Positions 29,181 to 37,026 of a stretch of DNA of 46,451 bases are shown here, piece after piece. The position numbers and the translations under genes are program-made. The DNA is taken from NCBI GenBank assembly GCA_016839745.1, contig JAEOTS010000107.1, forward strand, positions 1-46,451, given 5' to 3'. Below the pieces are notes generated by a model that saw nothing but the letters and a program-made list of their open reading frames with translations, had not been told where the DNA came from and ran no database searches. This stretch comes from Promethearchaeota archaeon (GTDB taxonomy: Archaea; Asgardarchaeota; Lokiarchaeia; Sigyniarchaeales; SOKP01). Position 1 is the stretch's first letter; each line of letters starts with the position of its first letter.

Positions 29181-30143
29181 ATGTCTTTACCTAATATTGA
29201 AAATCTTCAAATTTCTAAGGTTACTAAAAATTTATTATTAGTTCATCAAATCAAAGCATCAGGCATCTTTACAAGGTGCGACGGTTTAATTAAATTACCA
29301 GAAAAGGGTGTAAATAGGCACGCTATTATTATAGATCTTAATATTGAACCACAGTATGCAAATGCCATATACAATTCGTTTAAGCCCATTTCGGATTATA
29401 TATGCAGTCACACGCATTTAGATCACGCTGCTCATGTGCATATTTGGAGCGAAAAGGGAGTAAGCATATATACTCCCGTTCCAGAACACACGAATTTGTT
29501 AGATAGTTATAATTTTTTAAATAACTTTGGATTTTTAGAGTATATTGACTTAGAAACTGGAATGAGCTTTGTTAATTCAATGGGTTATAAAAGTTGTAAT
29601 GAAGTTATATCGTTTAAACCCGGTGACACATTAAGATTCGATAATTTCGAACTGCAAACCATCTCTTTTCCAGGGCACTCCTTAGGTCATGTTGGTTTTT
29701 ATTTTCCTTCCGAAAAAATTTTACATATAAGTTGTATGGGATTTGACCAAACTCAACTAGGAGTAAATGGTTTTGGCCCTTGGTATGGATTTAGGGATTG
29801 CTCTATTGAACAAACTATCAAGGATATTAATCTAGCTGAAGAGTTTTTTCTTAAAAAAGCAATTCAATTAACTTCGAGTCATTCATATGTAGTTAAAAAT
29901 CCCGATAGAACACCGTTTAATTATATGAGAAAAAAAATAGAAGAAAATCAAGAAAAAGTTAATTCTGCGCTAAAAACACTTGGTCATAAACTTACAATTG
30001 GCGAGAAAACAGAAGCGTTGCTTAAATTAGATATATTCTTTCCTAAAAGAAAAATAAAAGGAGCAATGCTAAAAATTTACGCTTTTTGGGAATCTTGGAT
30101 AATAAGAAAGCATATTGAAAGAAGCATAAGAAAAAATCTATAA
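29181..30143 (+). CDS. MBL-fold metallo-hydrolase
   Basis: SHTHLDH, PGHSLGH and late SSH motifs. Confidence 0.85.
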   Translation: MSLPNIENLQISKVTKNLLLVHQIKASGIFTRCDGLIKLPEKGVNRHAIIIDLNIEPQYANAIYNSFKPISDYICSHTHLDHAAHVHIWSEKGVSIYTPVPEHTNLLDSYNFLNNFGFLEYIDLETGMSFVNSMGYKSCNEVISFKPGDTLRFDNFELQTISFPGHSLGHVGFYFPSEKILHISCMGFDQTQLGVNGFGPWYGFRDCSIEQTIKDINLAEEFFLKKAIQLTSSHSYVVKNPDRTPFNYMRKKIEENQEKVNSALKTLGHKLTIGEKTEALLKLDIFFPKRKIKGAMLKIYAFWESWIIRKHIERSIRKNL

Positions 30144-30249
30144 ATAGCTCATTCTTTATTCTTTATTGGGCTCTAAAACAATTTTTATTTTTTATGAATA
30201 CTCTTGGAAAATTTTAGAAAAAAGTATATGTAATAGATAAATTTTTGGA

Positions 30250-31302
30250 TTATTCAACTAAATTAGGTTCTAAAATAACCTTTAACGATTCTGATGCTTC
30301 ACTAACAACTTTAAAGGCGTCCCCTGCTTTACTTAGAGGAAACCGATGAGTGATTAACTCTGTAACTTTGATTCTTTTTGATAATATCCACACATATGAC
30401 TCTTGGAGATCTTCAGGTGCAGCGCCGTATGAGGTTGTTATTGTTATTTCATTCCTCCAATAATCGTTAATAGGAACTTCTAAATTGACGCCAGGTCCTG
30501 GGACTGCAAAAAATATCACTGTACCTCCCGGTGCTACGCAATTTAAAGCCTGATTCGCTGCTGCTAAAGCTCCTGTACATACGATAACAATGTCAGCTAA
30601 TTTATTGTCATTGAATTCCAGAAGTTTCGAAGGAATGTCCTCATTTGCATGAAAAGTTTTATCAACTCCAAACTTACTTATCTTTCCTAACCTATAACTA
30701 CTAATATCTGTTGCAAAGACTTTTGTTGCTCCTCTTAATTTTGCTAACTGCGCGTGTAAGATTCCCGATACTCCACTACCTAATATTAAAACAGTTAAAC
30801 CTTTTCCAACATTAGCTAATCTTTGTGCTCTGCAAACACAGCCAAATGGCTCTATAAATACACCTTCTTCGTAAGACACAGATTTATCTAACACAAACAC
30901 GCCTTTTTTCTCGATATTTATTTTTGGGATTCTTACATATTCAGAAAAACCTCCAGGATCAAAATTCGTGCTGTGGAGCAAATCACAAGCTGTATGGTGT
31001 CCCTGATTACAATAATAACATTCAAAACAGGGAACATGATGAGAAACAAAAACGCGATCTCCTATTTTTAATCCCTTCACACCACTTCCTATTTCTACAA
31101 TGTCTCCTGCAATTTCATGTCCAAGAATTAAATTGTCTACTCCTAATTTTTTCATTTTCGCAAATCTATAATATTCTAAAACATCCGAACCGCAAATTCC
31201 TGATTTTTTGACTTTTACCAACAATTCTCCTGATCCTAGTATTGGTTTAGGAATCTCATCAAGTCTAATATCGTTATTATTATAATATCGAGCAATTTTC
31301 AT
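30250..31302 (-). CDS. Zinc-dependent medium-chain dehydrogenase (sorbitol/threonine dehydrogenase-like)
   Basis: GICGSD, GHE, structural zinc CFECYYC...C and Rossmann GSGVSG motifs. Confidence 0.9.
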   Translation of the reverse strand: MKIARYYNNNDIRLDEIPKPILGSGELLVKVKKSGICGSDVLEYYRFAKMKKLGVDNLILGHEIAGDIVEIGSGVKGLKIGDRVFVSHHVPCFECYYCNQGHHTACDLLHSTNFDPGGFSEYVRIPKINIEKKGVFVLDKSVSYEEGVFIEPFGCVCRAQRLANVGKGLTVLILGSGVSGILHAQLAKLRGATKVFATDISSYRLGKISKFGVDKTFHANEDIPSKLLEFNDNKLADIVIVCTGALAAANQALNCVAPGGTVIFFAVPGPGVNLEVPINDYWRNEITITTSYGAAPEDLQESYVWILSKRIKVTELITHRFPLSKAGDAFKVVSEASESLKVILEPNLVE

Positions 31303-31432
31303 ATTAAGGTTAAAATATATTCTAATTTTAATTAATATTGTAAATATGTTGTGTATTAGTTTAATTCTTTATTTAAAATTAATATTTAAAATTTATTAAA
31401 GACAATATTTTACCATAACTAAGAAAATTATT

Positions 31433-31909
31433 GTGAAAGAAAAAATGGTTGAAGTAAAAAAAGAATTATTGGCACCATGTGGTTTATGGTGTGGTGTGTG
31501 TGCAATATATATTGCACATCAAGATAATAACATGAAATTTAAAGAGAAATTACTACCTGTATATCGAGCTTTTGCAAAAAATGCGGATGATATTGCATGT
31601 ACGGGTTGCTTTTCTGATGGAGTTGTTTTTCCAGTCTGTAGGGCGTGTCCGGTCAAGAAGTGTTGTAAAGAAAAGAATATTGAGGGCTGTTATCAGTGTG
31701 AAGATTTTCCATGTAAATATGTTGATAATTTTCCTATTCCGGTAGGGAAAAAGGTTATTCTAAGAGCGATCCCATATTGGCGAGAACACGGAACAGAAAA
31801 ATTTGTAGAAGAAGAAAAGAAAAGATATCATTGACCAGATTGTGGAAATCAATTATTTCGAGGAGCAAAAAGATGTAACAAGTGCAAGGTTGAGGTTAAC
31901 ATAGATTAG
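31433..31909 (+). CDS. DUF3795-like Cys-rich protein; in-frame UGA at 31832-31834 (possible Sec, nonsense mutation or sequencing error)
   Basis: APCGLWCGVC, CTGC, CRACPVKKC and CYQCEDFPC motifs. The frame continues past TGA as PDCGNQLFRGAKRCNKCKVEVNID to TAG at 31907-31909. Confidence 0.75.
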
Positions 31910-31937
31910 AGAATATAAAATAATAAAAATAAATTTG

Positions 31938-32144
31938 TTAAGATCTATTACTTTTATTGCTCCTGATAAGCATTTTAAAAGTTCTTTCTTCTAAATCGTT
32001 GAACATTTTTAATTCTTCATCCAAGAACTCGCTCAACGCAGTTCTAATCGCCTCGCTTCGACTAGGATATATCCCTAAATCATTTAAAGTCTGAATTGCT
32101 TCTAAATACTTCTCAGGCAAGTTTATAGTAATTATCTTCATCAT
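31938..32144 (-). CDS. Ribbon-helix-helix (CopG/Arc/NikR-like) transcription regulator
   Basis: MKIITINLPEKYLEAI..L...GIYPSRSEAIRTAL matches the RHH pattern. Confidence 0.88.
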   Translation of the reverse strand: MMKIITINLPEKYLEAIQTLNDLGIYPSRSEAIRTALSEFLDEELKMFNDLEERTFKMLIRSNKSNRS

Positions 32145-32324
32145 TTACAACCCTTAATTTACTTATAATATAAATATGAACTACTTATTTTTTGATTAAT
32201 TATCATATTTCGTCGGATGACTTATAAATTAAGAGTATTAATACCTTAATGGTGTTAACTACTTAATTTTTTACGAATAACTGATGTTAATTCATTAATA
32301 TAAAAGAAAAAGATTTATTCTCAT

Positions 32325-33077
32325 TCAAATTGGTTTATTTAAAGATTTAATGTGTAAAACTAAAGAAAACGATGATGTGTAAAGTTCAGCATGACTAATT
32401 TCTTTGATATTTTTTAAGTAAGTTAGACTATAGTCTGCTTCCCGCTTTAAGAAGTTAACATCTCTAGTTTTTCTATCATTATCTAAATACACATCAACTT
32501 GTAGCACATTTTCATCTAATTTTTTGGGTAGCTGGGGAGTCAAATTAAAAGTGAATATTAAATCCGGTTTTGAAGAATCTTCTGCATCTATAACAAATAA
32601 TACATTTGGTTGAGTATAGGAAATAAACGATTCTAAATTGTAGAAGAAATCATCGATCTTTATATTAAGCTCTGTATCTTCCAAAACGCTGCAATCGCTA
32701 ATTTTTGGAAATAGAAACTTTTCCTTTCCTCTAAAAGCAAGGTCAATTTCGTTTAAACTTAAAAATTTTTTAAAAATTTCATCGTTTTTTTCTAAAATAA
32801 ACTCTTCCGTAATTGGATCAGACTTTGTATATATTATTAGAGAGCTTGAGGACATCAAATTGATCTTTTGATAATACATTTTGTAATCAGGGCTATAAGG
32901 TATATTAATAACATCCTTATTACCACCTAAACCAAGTTGGGCCATAATATTCATTGGAACTTGACTTGTTAATGTTAACAATAGAAAGGAGCGAAAATCT
33001 TCGAGTTCAAGGAAATTTGTAAATCCATTAAAATATTCATTAACGATTTTTATTTTATCAACTAATGCTTCGGACAT
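32325..33077 (-). CDS. Hypothetical protein
   Basis: 250-aa ORF co-oriented with its neighbours; no motif recognised. Confidence 0.65.
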   Translation of the reverse strand: MSEALVDKIKIVNEYFNGFTNFLELEDFRSFLLLTLTSQVPMNIMAQLGLGGNKDVINIPYSPDYKMYYQKINLMSSSSLIIYTKSDPITEEFILEKNDEIFKKFLSLNEIDLAFRGKEKFLFPKISDCSVLEDTELNIKIDDFFYNLESFISYTQPNVLFVIDAEDSSKPDLIFTFNLTPQLPKKLDENVLQVDVYLDNDRKTRDVNFLKREADYSLTYLKNIKEISHAELYTSSFSLVLHIKSLNKPI

Positions 33078-33132
33078 ACCAAATTCATCTGAGAATTGTA
33101 ATAAATCAATAAAGCATCAATGATAATTAAAT

Positions 33133-33546
33133 CTATTTATGATATTTTAAAATGAAGTCGCGGAAGGAATCTTTTACTTCTTGAGTTATATGGTGTTCAA
33201 TCTCGCAAGAAATTTTCTCAACAACTTCCTCATCATCAATTTTTAAAATATCTGTAAAAAAAGTTCGGAGTAACGAATGAGTCTCTTCCAATTGAAGCGC
33301 GTATTTTTTTCCCTTATCAGTCAACCTAATTGATTTTCTGGGTTCCCACTTTATTAGTCGGGTGTTTTTTAATTTCTCAAGCATTCCGGATACGGAAGCA
33401 GGCTCAACTTGGAGATTTTCAGCTATCTCCTTATTTGTTACCCACCCTCCTTTTTTTTTCTTTGAGATAGTAAAGATAATATCTAAATATCTCTGATAGC
33501 TCTCAGGTATCTCTGAAATTTCGGGATTTTCTTTATTCTTGGACAT
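33133..33546 (-). CDS. DtxR/MntR family metal-dependent transcriptional regulator
   Basis: YLDIIF, EIAENLQVEPASVSGMLEKL, LTDKG, H..L..F and CEIEHHI motifs. Confidence 0.9.
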   Translation of the reverse strand: MSKNKENPEISEIPESYQRYLDIIFTISKKKKGGWVTNKEIAENLQVEPASVSGMLEKLKNTRLIKWEPRKSIRLTDKGKKYALQLEETHSLLRTFFTDILKIDDEEVVEKISCEIEHHITQEVKDSFRDFILKYHK

Positions 33547-33682
33547 TTTAATAATAAACGATTATTGCTTTTACATGATGGATAACGCAATTTAATCTTA
33601 AAAATGTTTTTAAAATAATTTGAAAATTGAGTTGTGTAATTAGACTTAAAAAAGATGTAAAGTTGATTTCTTTTGACCAATA

Positions 33683-34261
33683 GTGAATAAAAAGAATTTC
33701 CCGGGGTTGTTAGTGTTAGTTGTAGGTAACTCTGGTTCCGGTAAAGATTCGATAATGAAAGGAGTAAAGGAAAGATTTCCTTCTAAGCTTAAAAATATTT
33801 ATCTTACGCAAAGAATTATAACAAGACCCTCTTCCAAAACTGAAGATAATATTGCTGTTACACCAGAAGAATTTAAAAAAATGTCAGCGCGGGATAAATT
33901 TGCATTGCAATGGCATATTTATGGCCTCGATTATGGTGTGCCAATAGAAATTGATGAACAGATGAAAAAAGGTCATCCTGTCCTCGTAAATGTTAGTAGA
34001 ACAATTGTGAAAAAAGCTCGTGAAATTTACCAAAACATTTTGGTTGTATTTATAGAAGTTCCTTTTGAAATTACTCTTGAAAGAGTAAAAGAACGCGCAA
34101 GAGAAAGTGGAGAAAGATTGGAAGAGAGAATTCAAAGGGCAAGAAAAAATCAAAACTTTCCAGACGCAGACATCATTGTTGATAATTCCGGAGATTTAGA
34201 AAATGCAATTAATCAATTTTTAAACTATCTTCTAACTGCTGTCAAAGCAAAAGAAAAATAA
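33683..34261 (+). CDS. phnN: Ribose 1,5-bisphosphokinase (guanylate kinase-like)
   Basis: VVGNSGSGKDS, RIITRP, FALQWHIYGLDYGVP, VNVSR and IVDNSGDL motifs. Confidence 0.85.
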   Translation: MNKKNFPGLLVLVVGNSGSGKDSIMKGVKERFPSKLKNIYLTQRIITRPSSKTEDNIAVTPEEFKKMSARDKFALQWHIYGLDYGVPIEIDEQMKKGHPVLVNVSRTIVKKAREIYQNILVVFIEVPFEITLERVKERARESGERLEERIQRARKNQNFPDADIIVDNSGDLENAINQFLNYLLTAVKAKEK

Positions 34262-34325
34262 TAAAACGCATAAAATTTTTTTAATAGGTAATATTATATC
34301 ACTTACTTCTAAGTAATTTTACAAT

Positions 34326-34428
34326 GGCCCGGTTCGTATAGTGGTTAGTATTGGGGACAGTTCTTGAGTATTACTCGGGAATATCCAATGTGAATCCCTA
34401 GAGGCGAGTTCAATTCTCGCATCGGGCC
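34326..34428 (+). tRNA. tRNA-His(GUG) with encoded G-1 and a 30-nt intron at position 32/33 (34359-34388)
   Basis: Acceptor G-GCCCGGT/ATCGGGC-C; D arm GTAT-AGTGGTTA-GTAT; anticodon stem GGGGA/TCCCT with spliced loop C|TGTGAA; T arm GCGAG-TTCAATT-CTCGC. CCA is not encoded. Confidence 0.9.
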
Positions 34429-34552
34429 CTCTTATATTTTAAAAGGTTAAGTTATTTACTTTTGGGTGTTTTTCATAAAATGTAAAGTAGAAAATTAATA
34501 TCTTTTAATATATTTTCAATAACAATTTAACGATAAACTTTAGGTTTACATT

Positions 34553-35005
34553 ATGGTTGATCTAGATCCAGATAAACTTCGCAAAATACCTGGATGGGAA
34601 AATGCTCCGATTCACATATGCATGGATGCTGATTGTCGAGGACTGACTTTTTGTTGTAAACCAGGGCATTCTCTTACATTTGGTTATAAATGTACTAGAG
34701 ACGAATCTTTAAACGATATAGGACTGAGCCCAGAAGATTTTATGAAAATAAAGGAAGGTTTTTCAAAAGAAAACGATTGGGATTCTGATCTTGTTTGTTT
34801 TGGTTCAATTTCTTACTGTTGCATGCGACGAGGAGGATGTTCAAGAAGGGATCCCGCGTTAGAAATTAGATATCCAGATAAAACCAGAGAGGAATACATG
34901 GAAATATATTTCGAGAAAAAGAAGGAATTATCAAAGAAGATACTTGAATTCGTGAACGCTAACGGAGGCAAGGAGAAAGTCGGACCTTATTTGGATTTAT
35001 TTTGA
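34553..35005 (+). CDS. Methanogenesis marker protein 9-like Cys-rich domain protein
   Basis: WENAPIHIC..ADCRGLTFCCKP, CFGSISYCC and C.RRD..L...YxxKKKEL resemble marker 9. Confidence 0.75.
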   Translation: MVDLDPDKLRKIPGWENAPIHICMDADCRGLTFCCKPGHSLTFGYKCTRDESLNDIGLSPEDFMKIKEGFSKENDWDSDLVCFGSISYCCMRRGGCSRRDPALEIRYPDKTREEYMEIYFEKKKELSKKILEFVNANGGKEKVGPYLDLF

Positions 35006-35071
35006 AATGAAATTTAAAAAATAGATTTACTCTTATCGTTTAATTAATTTTCTGCGAGTAAATAAATAAGA

Positions 35072-36025
35072 ATGATAGTTTCACTGACTCATGAACACGA
35101 TCTTGACGGATTAGGTTCACAAGCAATTATTCGACGTTATTTTAATTTAAGTTCTGAAAACCGCAATAATGAGATAATTTATTATTTTGCAGATTATACT
35201 GATTTTGTTAAGAAAATTAACACTATTTTGAGTACAGAGTCAATTCCATCTCACTTAATTATCTCAGACATAGGATTTAACGATTCATTTAAAGAGATAT
35301 TCTCTAATTTTAAAGAAGCAGGAAATAAAGGGTGTCAAATTTGTTGGTTTGATCATCACATAGTAGATGAATCAATAAAAGAAGAAATTAGGTCCATAAT
35401 TCATCTTTACATCAATGATCCTGAAAAATGTGCGGCTGAAATCGTTAAAAATTATTATTTGAAAAATGATAAGATTGCGTCTAAAATTGCGGAATTCGCC
35501 AGAGACACTGATTTTAGAACGAATAGATATGATTTGGCTTCAGATTTGCAATCCATCATTGGTTATAATCGTGGAGCTCAAAAAAATAAAAACAAGCATA
35601 AAATTGTTGATTTACTTTCTCAGGGTGATTTCCATAATCCTTGGTTTACGGAACAACTAAGCTCCTTAAATGAATGGCTTGAAGAAGAATCTACTTTTTC
35701 CTTAAATCACGCAATCATTTTTCCAGTGGAATCTTTTGGTGATTTAGTTGTTTCTTGGGCTAAAATTGGAGGAGGTAGAATAACCAAGATTTTGAAACAA
35801 AAATACATCGGCGCAAAAGCATTCATTGGAATTGACACACGTAGTAAGGATGTCATTATCTACAGTAATTTTATTAATTGTAGAGAGTTCGCAAGGGAAT
35901 TTGAAGGTGGAGGTCATAAAGAGCGAGCAGGTTTCAAATACCCACGAATTTTCAAAGAAATTGATGTTCTGAATCCTTCCTTTATAGAAGATATTAAAAA
36001 GATAATTCGTAAATTTAGTCATTAA
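35072..36025 (+). CDS. DHH/DHHA1 family phosphoesterase
   Basis: THEHDLDG, ISDIG, WFDHH, CAA and GGGHKERAG motifs. Confidence 0.88.
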   Translation: MIVSLTHEHDLDGLGSQAIIRRYFNLSSENRNNEIIYYFADYTDFVKKINTILSTESIPSHLIISDIGFNDSFKEIFSNFKEAGNKGCQICWFDHHIVDESIKEEIRSIIHLYINDPEKCAAEIVKNYYLKNDKIASKIAEFARDTDFRTNRYDLASDLQSIIGYNRGAQKNKNKHKIVDLLSQGDFHNPWFTEQLSSLNEWLEEESTFSLNHAIIFPVESFGDLVVSWAKIGGGRITKILKQKYIGAKAFIGIDTRSKDVIIYSNFINCREFAREFEGGGHKERAGFKYPRIFKEIDVLNPSFIEDIKKIIRKFSH

Positions 36026-36188
36026 ATCTCTTGTTTTGATTAAATTAGTTATGGGATCGTATGTAATATCTGAAGATAGCCTAAGGTATTACTACTCATT
36101 ATACAAAATTGCGTGAAATTGGTGTTTCACGATCTAATCAATTACGGTTTATATTGAAGTAAAAATCGAGAATAAAGGTTACCACTTT

Positions 36189-36824
36189 TTACTCGATATC
36201 GATAGATTTTCCTTTTTCTTTTAATTTTTTTAGTTTAACCTCAAGGATTCCGTTCGTATAACGCGCTTTTGCATAGTCTGAATTTATAGGGGCAGGTAAG
36301 TCGATTTCTTTAAAATAACTCCTCCCAGAAACTATTTTTTCAGTAGAAATCGTTATAGATGTATTTGTAGCGTTCAATTCAATATCTTCTTTGTTGACTC
36401 CTGGCATTTCAGCAATGAGAATAATCTGATCCTCTTCTTCGTTCACTTCTACAAGCGGTTCTCTTGTTTTTCTTACTTTTCGTTCGCCGGAGATAGGTTC
36501 CTTTTCGAGATTGCCGAAAGAATTCATAATAGGTTTACCGTCTGGACCGAAACCCATATTAAATCCATACATGATTGGTCCTTTTTTCATAAATTCTCTT
36601 GTAATCTCTTCGGGTGAGAGTCCTTGTAATTCTTTAGGTAAATTTTTAGCTAGCTGGTTAAAAATTTCTTTAAACATTTTTTGAAATTCTTTTGAATTAA
36701 ACAGTTTAGCGGGATCGAAATTTCCAAATATTTTGCTCGGATCTCCTATACCCTTGAACTTGTTCATAAAATCTTCATATTTATCTTCATCATCTTCATC
36801 ATCATAATCGTCTTTTCCCGACAT
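36189..36824 (-). CDS. hsp20: Archaeal small heat shock protein Hsp20
   Basis: YGF...GPDGKP...FGN, REPLVEV, AEMPGVNKEDI and ARYTNGILEVKL (alpha-crystallin domain). Confidence 0.93.
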   Translation of the reverse strand: MSGKDDYDDEDDEDKYEDFMNKFKGIGDPSKIFGNFDPAKLFNSKEFQKMFKEIFNQLAKNLPKELQGLSPEEITREFMKKGPIMYGFNMGFGPDGKPIMNSFGNLEKEPISGERKVRKTREPLVEVNEEEDQIILIAEMPGVNKEDIELNATNTSITISTEKIVSGRSYFKEIDLPAPINSDYAKARYTNGILEVKLKKLKEKGKSIDIE

Positions 36825-37026
36825 TTTATCACTTCCTTGTAAAATATATGTAGATATTAATTACACTTAAATTTTTATTTATAAATTTAGATATGTATAC
36901 TAAAGCTAGAAATATAATAGCTTTTATTCTAGAAAAAATTGTTTAGTTTAATAAACTTATTCCAACTAAATAGTTTGTTATATAAAATCAAAACTAATTA
37001 AAAACGATAAAGTAGAGTAGATTTTT

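Noticed and set aside
31910-32200. Canonical SECIS directly downstream of the DUF3795-like gene
   Set aside because: I found no AUGA...AA...GA element with a proper helix by eye; the region is A-rich and then antisense to the RHH gene.
706-34428. Functional linkage of hisS and tRNA-His
   Set aside because: They are 32 kb apart with unrelated genes between; probably coincidence.
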